Of a stretch of DNA of 46,383 nt, positions 29,201 through 38,093 are shown piece by piece (position 1 is the first letter of the stretch; the number at the start of each line of letters is the position of its first letter). This stretch comes from Spirochaetota bacterium (GTDB lineage: Bacteria; Spirochaetota; UBA4802; UBA5550): NCBI GenBank assembly GCA_050298055.1, contig JBNKTL010000007.1, positions 1 through 46,383 of the forward strand, given 5' to 3'. The position numbers were made by a program, and so were the translations under genes. The notes beneath the pieces are model-generated. The model had not been told where the DNA came from and did not search any database. It saw nothing but the letters and a program-made list of their open reading frames with translations.

Positions 29201-30285
29201 CGTCTGCGGAATCGGAAAGATTCGGAGGGAAGGTCATCATCAACAGGACCGGTGAATCCCCCGCAGGATATTCCGTGGGCCCGGCAATCTTTGAAATATC
29301 CGCAGAGAGGGCACTCCTCCCGGAAAGCTACGCCTGCAGTGAGCTCTTCGCTCCCATAATCCATGTTATTGAATACAGAACACCGGACCAGGCCCTGGAG
29401 ATCATTAACGCAACAGGTTATGCCCTCACCGCGGGAATATACAGCCAGTCACAGGACGAGATTGATTATCTTCTCCCCGGGATCCAGGCGGGGAATATCT
29501 ATGTGAACAGGGGAATTACCGGGGCACGAGTGGACATTGAGCCCTTCGGAGGCTTCAAGTTTTCCGGAACAGGCCCCAAGGCGGGAGGAAGGAACTATCT
29601 CCCAGCTTTTCATCATTATGCCGTCAAAGGCCGGGTAGAGAAAACCGGATATGCAGACGAAGGGGACAAACCAACCCCGGAAAAAGAAGGGAAAAGCGGA
29701 AACAATATTACCGTTGCGGTTAAGATGATAAAATCGGTCTGCCCGGAACTCTCAGAGCTTATGGATAACTATAACAGATGGCTCGGACAAAACCTCAACT
29801 CTTTTATCAGCACTCCCCATTACAACAGGGAGGTCCCGGGACAGCTGAGTTATAATGACTACAGGATGCATGAGAAACAGGCGGTATTCATCATAAGAAA
29901 TGAAAAAATCAGCACACCCACGGCCCTGAGGCTCTTATCGGCCCTTGCCCTTGGTGTAAAGATATTCATGGAGGACAAAATTTCGGGCATAGAGTGGAAG
30001 GGGGTCTCCGGCATAGAGCTCCTCAACAATAGTGAAAAAAGTCTTCTTTCAGACAGGAGTATAAGAAAGATCGTTTTTGACGCGGAAAGTTCATATATTG
30101 AGAAAAGGATGAAAGAGATCTATGAAAAAGCGCCGGACCCGGAAATCATTAAAATTCCCTGTTCTCCCGGCGATGCTCCCCCTGAAGATGATTTTCCCAC
30201 TTACCTTCTTGAGTTTATCAATGTGAGGTCCTTTGCCATAAATACCATGAAACATGGAGCTGAGTTGAAGTTGAAAAGTCAATAA
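26203..30285 (+). CDS. putA: Bifunctional proline dehydrogenase / P5C dehydrogenase (PutA-like)
   Basis: PRODH motifs RRFIAGE, D.LGE, SIKVS, IDAE, RLVKGAYWD, ASHN, YLVRR; ALDH motifs PWNFP, FTGS, AEMGGKN, GQKCSA, PFGG; start ATG 26203 preferred over GTG 26146. Confidence 0.88.
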   Translation: MTEKSKILSVEQHKSITPLLSVAAINHEWNAHFNSDFTVNLCDRKGALLPEIREILEKYTKIKESDLKIQLVLNSVAYLAGIFPGEKLIRLFTPRLNHELFLREMLEMTLPEESQYFESYRKYREHVDSLRNIDDGSMISEIECALEMAGYGGFLSDERFSGMDPVTEEKISRILREMNSYKPGLMEKVTDRLLALAAEYSSIRVNLLRFLVILPSLDFDRNGKVTRKVFIESLKHLLESNSSAEKKLPSWMTFATRVTLLKARVLPPGILKFFIRKGVRILARRFIAGENMGEVAATVRELLARGRDVTLDQLGEKVFSEREADSYRDRVVRIIEGFGGFINRGEMNGAGINRAHISIKVSALCPDFRPCDREYIYAQVAPRLLVILRAAQKEDVFVNIDAEHSSYRDAVFWICRKLLLESEELNGFNLMGFVLQAYMRDASRHLDEIIRLAETRGDVMPLRLVKGAYWDFEMIEAEAAGQTPLLFLNKEETDLMFRAMTVRILEEGEHLQLCVASHNYSDHCYAQSMREQHFPGSPVIEHQCLHMTYETLSRGIIKMGWVLREYMPVGSLITGTAYLVRRIMENSSQAGVLSLMRSHRKGYNPASPLDLHREKLSSQRKVRDLNTVSFTDDFLNTVPLRTSQAEELEGMIRALEAFSREKRDRSNTNRYPVSGKAVSIHSPSEPEKRVGVINFAVKGDVRKAVNLSGNAFKDKEWWRRNEFFRAAVLARGALLLRMKRSSFATLVMHEAGKTLREALADVDEAVDFLNFYAREEIKLQKKTGAYRPRGVFAVIAPWNFPVAIPCGMTAGALAAGNSVILKSAEQTPLAAEEFVRLMHESGIPGEILIHLPGSGEDVGSALTEDPGVGGIVFTGSKAVGLEILRMGGCRFTRNSIGGEPFPVRVIAEMGGKNGIIVSETSDLDEAVSGILTSAFNHAGQKCSACSRVIADYRIKEHLVQRLKDAASTLRVGSSLDFSTWINPLILKEDMKRVSDTAAKASAESERFGGKVIINRTGESPAGYSVGPAIFEISAERALLPESYACSELFAPIIHVIEYRTPDQALEIINATGYALTAGIYSQSQDEIDYLLPGIQAGNIYVNRGITGARVDIEPFGGFKFSGTGPKAGGRNYLPAFHHYAVKGRVEKTGYADEGDKPTPEKEGKSGNNITVAVKMIKSVCPELSELMDNYNRWLGQNLNSFISTPHYNREVPGQLSYNDYRMHEKQAVFIIRNEKISTPTALRLLSALALGVKIFMEDKISGIEWKGVSGIELLNNSEKSLLSDRSIRKIVFDAESSYIEKRMKEIYEKAPDPEIIKIPCSPGDAPPEDDFPTYLLEFINVRSFAINTMKHGAELKLKSQ

Positions 30286-30310
30286 GTCTTTATTCTAAAA
30301 TTGTTAATCT

Positions 30311-30365
30311 GCCACAGAGGCATTAATCATTATCTTAATCCTCTGTGTCTCCGTGCCTCTGTGGC
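30311..30365. repeat. 8-bp-period inverted repeat element
   Basis: GCCACAGAGGCA ... CTCTGTGT-CTCCGTGC-CTCTGTGGC. Confidence 0.7.
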
Positions 30366-30451
30366 AAATCTTGATATAATATCATTATGAATTAAGTTAT
30401 GGAATAAATAGTTAAAATAAATATATCGGATGTCGTTTTTCTGGAGGTGAT

Positions 30452-31987
30452 ATGATGTATGAATTTTTAAAGGAACTGGGTATAAAGGACGTAAATTCCG
30501 GTGCCACAACAGGTTCAAGCGGAGGCTGGCTCAAAACAGCAGGGACGGAACTTGTATCGGTATCACCTGTAGACGGGAAGCCCATAGGGGCAATAGTCCA
30601 GGCGACGGAAATCGATTACCGGAAGATCGTCTCCGCGGCTTCCGGGGCATTTAAAAGATGGAGAATGACCCCCGCGCCTATAAGGGGAGAAGTGATCCGG
30701 GAGATAGGGGAAGTTCTTCGAAAGTACGGAGATCCCCTGGGGAAACTGGTAACCCTGGAAACGGGGAAGATACTCCCCGAGGGACGGGGAGAGGTCCGGG
30801 AGGCCATTGATACCACAGACTTCGCGGTGGGGCTATCACGGCAGCTTTACGGACTTACCATGCAGAGTGAAAGGCCCCGTCACAGGATGTATGAACAGTG
30901 GCACCCCCTGGGGATCGTGGGTGTGATAACCGCCTTCAACTTCCCGGTTGCCGTCTGGTCGTGGAATTTTCTCATCGGCGCAATCTGCGGCAATGCCGTC
31001 ATGTGGAAACCGAGCAGTAAATCACCTCTCTGCGCAATCGCCCTGCACAATATTATTGCGCCGGTTATTGACAGGCACGGGCTTGACGGACTTTTCAGCC
31101 TGGTCATCGGAAACGGGAATGAGATAGGGGAGCTCATGATAAACGACCGGAACCTTCCCCTCATAAGCTCAACAGGGAGCTGCCGCATGGGACGAAGGGT
31201 GGGGGAAGCGGTAGCGGCCCGGCTGGGGAGGTCTCTCCTTGAACTGGGGGGGAACAATGCCATCATTATAACCGGGGATGCGGATATGGACCTGTCAATA
31301 CGGGCGACCCTTTTCGGCGCCGTGGGTACCGCGGGACAGAGGTGTACCACAACCAGAAGGATCATTCTCCATAAAAGCATCGCGGAAAAATATACCGGCC
31401 TGCTGGTAAAATCCTACCGGCAGATCAGGATCGGGAACCCCCTTGAAGAAGGTGTCCTCATGGGCCCCCTGGCGGACAGGAACGCCGTCGATACCATGAT
31501 GAGGGTCCTGGAGCTTATCAAAGAGCAGGGGGGAGAGATCATCTATGGGGGAGGCAAGGTGAAGGTTCCGGGTCTCGATTCAGGCTGCTACGTGGAACCG
31601 GTCATTGTCAGGGCGAAAAAGGATATGCCTGTCCTCGGGGAGGAGACCTTTGCCCCCATCCTTTACCTGCTGGAATACGAGACCCTGGAGGAGGCCATAG
31701 AGATACAGAACGGCGTACGGCAGGGACTCTCCTCTGCTATCTTTACCAATTCACTGAAATACTCGGAAAGGTTCCTCTCTCATGAAGGATCGGACTGCGG
31801 GATCGCAAACGTCAACATCGGGACAAGCGGCGCGGAGATCGGCGGCGCCTTCGGAGGGGAGAAGGACACGGGAGGGGGCCGTGAGAGTGGTTCCGACGCG
31901 TGGAAAAACTATATGCGGAGACAGACCAATACCATCAACTGGGGTGACGATCTCCCCCTGGCCCAGGGGATTGAATTTGATATCTAG
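30452..31987 (+). CDS. pcd: ALDH7/antiquitin-type aldehyde dehydrogenase (piperideine-6-carboxylate / aminoadipate semialdehyde dehydrogenase)
   Basis: GLSRQLYG, AFNFPVAVWSWN, LELGGNNA, GTAGQRCTT, SDCGIANVNIGTSGAEIGGAFGGEK.TGGGRESGSDAWK. Confidence 0.88.
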   Translation: MMYEFLKELGIKDVNSGATTGSSGGWLKTAGTELVSVSPVDGKPIGAIVQATEIDYRKIVSAASGAFKRWRMTPAPIRGEVIREIGEVLRKYGDPLGKLVTLETGKILPEGRGEVREAIDTTDFAVGLSRQLYGLTMQSERPRHRMYEQWHPLGIVGVITAFNFPVAVWSWNFLIGAICGNAVMWKPSSKSPLCAIALHNIIAPVIDRHGLDGLFSLVIGNGNEIGELMINDRNLPLISSTGSCRMGRRVGEAVAARLGRSLLELGGNNAIIITGDADMDLSIRATLFGAVGTAGQRCTTTRRIILHKSIAEKYTGLLVKSYRQIRIGNPLEEGVLMGPLADRNAVDTMMRVLELIKEQGGEIIYGGGKVKVPGLDSGCYVEPVIVRAKKDMPVLGEETFAPILYLLEYETLEEAIEIQNGVRQGLSSAIFTNSLKYSERFLSHEGSDCGIANVNIGTSGAEIGGAFGGEKDTGGGRESGSDAWKNYMRRQTNTINWGDDLPLAQGIEFDI

Positions 31988-32001
31988 TCCAACAATAAAG
32001 A

Positions 32002-32171
32002 AGAGTTTACCACGAAAGGCACGAAGCACACGAAGGAAGAGTTTTTTTAATGTTGAGTTTTAAATTTTGAATGTTAAATTAAAGAAACTGTTTTGATCTG
32101 ATAATTCAAAATTAAACATTTAACATTTAAAATTATCCAAAACTTTGCGTCTTGGCGGTTCCAAAACTCTT
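32002..32171. repeat. Composite repeat: CACGAA 9-mer module + inverted AT-rich 7-mer arrays + reversed GAACCGC module
   Basis: AGAGTTTACCACGAAAGGCACGAAGCACACGAAGGAAGAG; TGTTGAG-TTTTAAA-TTTTGAA-TGTTAAA and its inverse; GCGGTTCCAAAACTCT 32155-32170 identical to 25987-26002. Confidence 0.85.
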
Positions 32172-32182
32172 CCTGATATAAA

Positions 32183-34369
32183 TTAATTTTCCAGGTCACC
32201 CCGTCCCATTAAAAATCCCCTCATAATATGAAGCTCCTCATAAGGCACCTTGCCATTAAAAGCATGATAAACCGTACTGAGCTTGCCGGTCTTTAGTTCC
32301 CTGAACTTTTCTTCAATCTTCTCCTGTTTTTCCGGGGCAATATGTTTATCAAGGTCTATCTCTTCACCCCGGCTCAGGAGATCGCCTACATGAGAGGCAA
32401 TTGTAGATACCTTAAGCTCTCTCATTTCCGCTATTTCCTCAATGGAGAGATTCCGGGCAAGGAGCTCCCGGGTTGCTTCCAGTGAATCTCCTTTTGCTTT
32501 TTTACCGGATTTCCTTTTCTTTACCATTTCCCTCACCTGGGGCCTGGCTGTCTCTATGCGGGGATTATTTTCCAGAAATTCATTTATGGGCTTAAGAAAA
32601 ACAGCGCCGAATTTTTCCCGTTTTTCCCTGCCCACACCATTGATCAGAAGAAGCTCATCTTCCGTAGTGGGAAAGAAGGTGCTCATCTCACGGAGGGTCC
32701 TGTCTGAAAAGACAATATAAGGGGGCACCTGGAGTTGATCAGCCAGCTCTTTCCTCTCCCTTCGCAATATCTCAAAGAGTTCCCTGTTGTATGCCGGGGA
32801 GTCTTCACTCTCTCTCATCTCTCCCTTCGCGAATTCCTGTTCCTCTTTTTTCAAAATGATAAAATTCTCATTTCCCCTGAGAAGTTCCCTCCCTTTTTCG
32901 CAAAGGAGAAGTACCGGGTATTTACCCGGGGTCTGGCTGATATAATTCCTGTTTAAAAGTTCATCAATAAGATTCCTCCAGAACTGTTTCGGTTTAAAAG
33001 AACCCACACCGTAGGTTTTCAGGCTGTCATGGCCCAGCTGCCTGATCCTTCCGGTATTGGCGCCGGAGACGATATCCGCGATGTGGCCTGCCCCGAAGCG
33101 TTCTTCTGTTCTATAAATTGCTGACAGGACCATCTGCGCCTCCCGGGTTGCGTCCATGGTTTCCGTTTTTTCCGTACAGACATCACAGGCTGCGCAATTT
33201 TCCTTATCAGGGACTTCATCAAAATATTCCAGTATCTGTTTCCTTCTGCATATGTTAAAAGACGCGTATTCGATGATCTTATTCAACTTTTCCAGGGCCA
33301 GGGAATGTTCAGACCGGTCCTCGATCTGATCAATAAAATACCTGATCCGGGGAATGTCCCCTCTTTTAAAGAAAAGAAGACAGTGGGCGTCCTCACCGTC
33401 CCGGCCCGCCCGACCTATCTCCTGGTAATAGGCCTCCATGTTTTTGGGAAGATCTCCGTGGACCACGAACCGAACATTGGATTTATCGATCCCCATGCCA
33501 AAGGCGATTGTGGCAACGATCACCCGGACCTTGTCCCTGTTAAAGGCCTCCTGGTTTTGCTGCCGCTGATAATTCTCCAGGCCCGCGTGATAGGGAAGGG
33601 CAGTGATCCCATGGCCTGCTAGCATCCGGGCGGTACTCTCCACGCTCTCCCGGGTCATCCGGTAGATGATACCCGGATCATTAACCCGGGACTTAATGAA
33701 ACCGAGGACCTGCCGGTTAAAATCCTCCTTGGGTATCACCTGGAGAAAAAGATTTGGCCGGTCAAAGGAAGCCCTTTTGACCAGGGGGCTCTCCAGGTTG
33801 AGTTTTCCGATAATATCATCCTGCACTTTTTTTGTGGCGGTTGCGGTAAATGCCGAAACCGGGATACCGGGAAGCCGCTTTTTTATCTGCGAGAGGACCA
33901 GGTAATCGGGACGGAAGTCATGTCCCCATTCTGAAACACAGTGGGCCTCATCCACGGCAAAAAAACTGATCCGGACATCCTGAAGCAGGGAGAAAAAATC
34001 CGTTACGGCAAAACGCTCGGGGGCAAGATAGAGAAGGTCCAGTTCCCCGTTGCGCAGAGATGAGAGGACCCGGTCCTTTTCACCCCCCGTGAGAGAACTG
34101 TTGAGAAACCCGGCCTTTATTCCGAGACTCCGTGCCCCATCCACCTGGTCCTTCATCAGGGAGATCAGGGGACTGATCACAATGCAGGTCCCGGGAAGAA
34201 CACACGCGGGAAGCTGGTAACAGAGAGACTTTCCGCCCCCTGTGGGCATTACGGCAAAGACATCGTCCCCGGCCAGAAGACTCTCAATGATCTCCTCCTG
34301 GTTGGGCCTGAAAGATGTATAGCCGAATATTGATTTCAGCTGGCTGTGAATGTCAGGAATTCCTTCCAT
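32183..34369 (-). CDS. recQ: ATP-dependent DNA helicase RecQ
   Basis: MPTGGGKSLCYQLP, DEAHC.SEWGHDFRP, AFGMGIDK, QEIGRAGRDG, Zn-binding Cys, RQC, HRDC (PPYIVFSD) and C-terminal HTH. Confidence 0.96.
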   Translation of the reverse strand: MEGIPDIHSQLKSIFGYTSFRPNQEEIIESLLAGDDVFAVMPTGGGKSLCYQLPACVLPGTCIVISPLISLMKDQVDGARSLGIKAGFLNSSLTGGEKDRVLSSLRNGELDLLYLAPERFAVTDFFSLLQDVRISFFAVDEAHCVSEWGHDFRPDYLVLSQIKKRLPGIPVSAFTATATKKVQDDIIGKLNLESPLVKRASFDRPNLFLQVIPKEDFNRQVLGFIKSRVNDPGIIYRMTRESVESTARMLAGHGITALPYHAGLENYQRQQNQEAFNRDKVRVIVATIAFGMGIDKSNVRFVVHGDLPKNMEAYYQEIGRAGRDGEDAHCLLFFKRGDIPRIRYFIDQIEDRSEHSLALEKLNKIIEYASFNICRRKQILEYFDEVPDKENCAACDVCTEKTETMDATREAQMVLSAIYRTEERFGAGHIADIVSGANTGRIRQLGHDSLKTYGVGSFKPKQFWRNLIDELLNRNYISQTPGKYPVLLLCEKGRELLRGNENFIILKKEEQEFAKGEMRESEDSPAYNRELFEILRRERKELADQLQVPPYIVFSDRTLREMSTFFPTTEDELLLINGVGREKREKFGAVFLKPINEFLENNPRIETARPQVREMVKKRKSGKKAKGDSLEATRELLARNLSIEEIAEMRELKVSTIASHVGDLLSRGEEIDLDKHIAPEKQEKIEEKFRELKTGKLSTVYHAFNGKVPYEELHIMRGFLMGRGDLEN

Positions 34370-34494
34370 AGTTTCAGTGTACTCCGGTTTTTCGTTTTGC
34401 AGATGAGTAAAGACTCTTTATGCAGACATATATTTATACGATCGGGGATTGAAAAGTATTAAAAGTTTTTTAAAAAATTTCTTAAGAGCCCCAC

Positions 34495-34522
34495 CTGGCC
34501 ACAGATTAAAACCTGTGGCTAG
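34495..34522 (-). terminator. Palindromic hairpin directly after the cysteine hydrolase stop (terminator or REP-like)
   Basis: CTGGCCACAGA-TTAAAA-CCTGTGGCTAG. Confidence 0.5.
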
Positions 34523-34523
34523 A

Positions 34524-35165
34524 TCAAGCATCCCCCACCAACCTCAAAATATTCTCCACACTCTCAACCAGAACACCAATATTTTCCAGCTCCTTCCGCC
34601 CCCGGTCGTAGAGACCGGATATGGCATCTTCCGCCAGAACAATCCGGTAATCACGCTCACTTGCCTCATAGATTGAAGTCCGGGGGCAGTTGGGGAAATT
34701 ACAGCCGGCGAAGATCAGGGTATTGATCTTCAACTTCTCCAGGTATTTATCAAGGGGGGTGTCATAGAAAGCTCCCCATCTCGGTTTAAAAATGATCACT
34801 TCATTAGTACCGATCTTTTGTATTCCGCCGGACAATAAGAGCCCGGTATTAAAACGGACCGTGTCCTCCGGAAAAAGCTCCCGGGCCAGTTCCGTGCCGG
34901 GGCTGTTCTCAGCTAAAATAAGCGTCCCCTTTTCTATGATCTCTTTTCTGCAGAGGTCCGCGTTGGAACCGTCTCTTTTATATATTCTCACAATATGGAT
35001 GACCGGCAGATGATGCTTCCTGTGGAAATCAAGGAGCTGTCTTATCCCGGGCAAAACGCCGGATGTTCCGGGGATCTCCAGGGGCTGCCCGTCAAGGGTG
35101 TCCCTCTGAACATCAATTGTTATTAACGCGGAATTGTTAAAATCAGGTTCTGTGTATTTGTTCAT
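34524..35165 (-). CDS. Isochorismatase-family cysteine hydrolase
   Basis: ALITIDVQ.D, KPRWGAFY.T.L, AGCNFPNCPRTS..EA.ERD. Confidence 0.88.
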   Translation of the reverse strand: MNKYTEPDFNNSALITIDVQRDTLDGQPLEIPGTSGVLPGIRQLLDFHRKHHLPVIHIVRIYKRDGSNADLCRKEIIEKGTLILAENSPGTELARELFPEDTVRFNTGLLLSGGIQKIGTNEVIIFKPRWGAFYDTPLDKYLEKLKINTLIFAGCNFPNCPRTSIYEASERDYRIVLAEDAISGLYDRGRKELENIGVLVESVENILRLVGDA

Positions 35166-35344
35166 TGATTTATCTCCGGTCGATTCATATGGATTTGAAG
35201 CAGTAAAATTTCACATAAAGTTTATTCGCCTAAAAAACTCGCATATATTCCGGATAAACGCAATAAAAAAAACAAGAGAAGAAGTGAATAGATGATATCA
35301 CAAATCATTACAGAATTTTATTGATTATGGGAAGAAAAGATTTG

Positions 35345-35374
35345 AGCCACAGATTAACGCGGATAAACGCAGAT
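35345..35374. repeat. Single arm of the 10-bp-period repeat
   Basis: AGCCACAGATTAA-CGCGGATAAA-CGCAGAT, related to 10827 and 36862. Confidence 0.7.
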
Positions 35375-35494
35375 GGTTTAATTCATCCCCAAAGAGAGTA
35401 CAGGATGTTATCCCAAAACCTTCTTATGCCCCTTTAGGGGGTTAGGGGGTCTTTCTCCCTGCTTCTGTTTCCCCTCTTCCTCTCCGATCCGGAA

Positions 35495-36805
35495 CTACAC
35501 AAAAGGGTCCGCCCCCTGAATTAACCTCAACCCCACTTCATCAACCCTCCCCGAATCGAGAAGCGTCTTCTCCAGAACATCCCTTCCAATTATCTTCTCC
35601 CTTGTGAAAAAGTGATAGAGGACCGCAAGGACCCTCAACCCGGGATCTATATTCTTATCAAGAATATTCATCTCAAATATCTCGCACTTGATACCCTGCA
35701 AAAAATGAACGAGCTTCTTTTCAGCTATCACCCGTCTGGCGGAAAACTTACCTGCCAGGTATTCACCTGTCCGCCTGATACCTTCTTCTGTAAAAAGTAT
35801 AATCGCATCCGGTTTTTCCATGCCGGGATAATCTATCCGCCCGGGCGATAATTGTAATGTGGATACGGAATAACCGGTCCTCACCGTTACCGGGTAATCA
35901 TCCTGCCGGACCGCGTGAAGTCCCGATGAGACCGCAGCGGAAGCCATCTCTGAAGCTGCTGACTGAACCTTCTGTCCCGCCGATCCCGCAATAACAAAAC
36001 TCATGCTCTCCTTCACCGGGCCGGAGTAGGGATTTCTGATATTATAGACTTTATCTGTTTCATGGGATGCCGGTTCTTCCGGATTTCTTACATACGTACT
36101 GTACTCTCTCTCCCTTTCATTGATCAGGGTGACCCGGGGGAAGGCGCCGGAGTCCATGATCTCTTCCAGTTCGCTCTTCCTGAACTGGTTGAACTCCCCG
36201 TAGTAGGCGGTGCAGAACTCCAGGACCTCAATAAGGGCAAAACCGCTGGCTGCAACCCCGGTGCCGATACAGCCGGTGAGGTCTTTGTCATAAAAGGCCC
36301 TCCGGGCGGAATAGGCGGCACCGTTGATGTTCACTGTCTCGGCTATCCTGAAGGGTGTCTCCCCGTGTCCTCCCGGCGTGGTGACGGTCACCGATCCCTC
36401 CGGCGTGGTGGGCGAGTGCTGTCCCCCGGTCATCCCGAAGTTGAAGTTGTTGAAGACCAGAACGGTGATACCGATATTTCTCCTGGCAGCGGCAATGAGG
36501 TGGTGGGCGCCTATCCCCGCGCCCCCGTCTCCCATGAGGACACACACGGTGAGTTCCGGTGACGCAAGCTTGAGTCCCTCCCCGTAAAGGACGCTTCTTC
36601 CGTGGAGCCCGTGAAAGGTATGGGTGGCAAACCACTGGTCCGAAAGCCCCGCGCAGCCGATGTCCGTGACAATGACGGTTTTCAGGGGATCAAGCTCCTG
36701 TTCCTCCATGGCCGCGGCAATCTTCTCCAGCACACTCCCGTGGGAACACCCGGGACAGAAGGGGAAGGGGAGCCGTGCCTCATTGATAAAAGGAGATTTT
36801 TTCAC
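35495..36805 (-). CDS. 2-oxoacid:ferredoxin oxidoreductase beta-gamma fusion
   Basis: N-terminal FCPGC, DIGC, HGR, GDG, NNFNFGMTGGQ (beta); C-terminal IAGSAGQKVQ...YPVTVRTGYS (gamma-like). Confidence 0.85.
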   Translation of the reverse strand: MKKSPFINEARLPFPFCPGCSHGSVLEKIAAAMEEQELDPLKTVIVTDIGCAGLSDQWFATHTFHGLHGRSVLYGEGLKLASPELTVCVLMGDGGAGIGAHHLIAAARRNIGITVLVFNNFNFGMTGGQHSPTTPEGSVTVTTPGGHGETPFRIAETVNINGAAYSARRAFYDKDLTGCIGTGVAASGFALIEVLEFCTAYYGEFNQFRKSELEEIMDSGAFPRVTLINEREREYSTYVRNPEEPASHETDKVYNIRNPYSGPVKESMSFVIAGSAGQKVQSAASEMASAAVSSGLHAVRQDDYPVTVRTGYSVSTLQLSPGRIDYPGMEKPDAIILFTEEGIRRTGEYLAGKFSARRVIAEKKLVHFLQGIKCEIFEMNILDKNIDPGLRVLAVLYHFFTREKIIGRDVLEKTLLDSGRVDEVGLRLIQGADPFV

Positions 36806-36861
36806 TTTTTTCCCTTAATTAAATTAATAACCTGCAACTTCATAAAAAAATGAAGATTATT

Positions 36862-36936
36862 AGCCGCAGATGCACGCAGAATAAGAAAAAAATAAATAAA
36901 ATAATTATCAGTGTTCATCTGCGTTTATCTGCGGCT
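36862..36936. repeat. 10-bp-period inverted repeat element inside the lat-OFOR operon
   Basis: AGCCGCAGATGCACGCAGA ... ATCAGTGTTCATCTGCGTTTATCTGCGGCT. Confidence 0.8.
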
Positions 36937-36953
36937 CCAAATCTTATCTTCTT

Positions 36954-38078
36954 TCATAACCCGAATCCTTCCCGCACTATCTGCTCCGGAGATATGAGCC
37001 CCCCGTCTGTCCTGTTTACCTTTACCAGTTCCTGCCCGGGACGGATATGCTTTGTGATTATCTCCGCGTAGAGCCCGAAATTCATCTCCGGGACGATGAC
37101 TTTTTTCACACCATTCAGGGATTCCCCGATCCTTTCATCAGGAACCGGGAAGAGGGACTCAATAATAAGAAGTGAACACCGGTTCCCTGTGTTCCTGTAC
37201 CGGGAGACCGCTTCCCGTGACGCCCCGGAACTTATGCCGTAGCAGAGAAGAAGGGTTTCGGCCCCCTCCTGGATATCCCCAGAGACAGATTCTATGATCC
37301 CCCTGTGCGCCCCGATCTTTTCATGAAGGTGTCTCAGCTTTTTTTCAACATTCCCTTTCTCCCTGGTCAGGTAGCCATACTCGTCGTGAATGGAGGTAGT
37401 AAAGCGGACCGGTAACCGGGAACCCATGGGAAGAAAGAGGGGGATATCCGTGGGTTCGAAGACCCGGTAGGGTGCGAAGTCCCCGCTTTCAAGGTGGTAT
37501 TTCCTGTTTATGATCTCCGGGGTTTCAAGGTCCTCCCGGTTAAAGCTCTGCCGTGACATGACCATATCCTTTGAGGTAAGGAGTATCACCGGGGTCCTCA
37601 GGGCCTCGGATATATTGAAGGCATGGATCGTCAGCCTGTAGAGGGACTCAATTGATGAAGGGGAGAGAACGGGGAGGGGCATTCCTCCGGGAGCCGGCTG
37701 TGCGGCAAAGCGGAGATCTCCTTCCGATCCCGTGGTGGCCCCTCCTGTGGCGGGGCCGAGCCTCTGCACGTCCACGATCACAAGGGGGACCTCTCCCATG
37801 ATGGCAAGACCTATGCTTTCGGAGTAGAGGCTCATCCCCGGACCGCTTGTGGAGGTGAGGGCTTTTCTTCCGGCCATGGACGCGGCAATACAGAGGGATA
37901 TCGAGGCGATCTCGTCTTCACCCTGAACGGCGATACCCCCGGAGCCGGGGATCTCCCGCATCATGCTGTTATGAATTCTCACCGAGGGGGATATGGGGTA
38001 GCCCGCGTAGAAATCACAACCCGCTGCCCTTGCCGCCCGGGTGATGATCCGGTAGCCCTCTGTAAATTCACGTTCCAT
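36954..38078 (-). CDS. 2-oxoacid:ferredoxin oxidoreductase alpha subunit (divergent)
   Basis: AGYPISPS, QGEDEI, TSTSGPG, QRLGPATG, PEMN.G motifs. Confidence 0.88.
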   Translation of the reverse strand: MEREFTEGYRIITRAARAAGCDFYAGYPISPSVRIHNSMMREIPGSGGIAVQGEDEIASISLCIAASMAGRKALTSTSGPGMSLYSESIGLAIMGEVPLVIVDVQRLGPATGGATTGSEGDLRFAAQPAPGGMPLPVLSPSSIESLYRLTIHAFNISEALRTPVILLTSKDMVMSRQSFNREDLETPEIINRKYHLESGDFAPYRVFEPTDIPLFLPMGSRLPVRFTTSIHDEYGYLTREKGNVEKKLRHLHEKIGAHRGIIESVSGDIQEGAETLLLCYGISSGASREAVSRYRNTGNRCSLLIIESLFPVPDERIGESLNGVKKVIVPEMNFGLYAEIITKHIRPGQELVKVNRTDGGLISPEQIVREGFGL

Positions 38079-38093
38079 GGGGAATTTCTCCCA

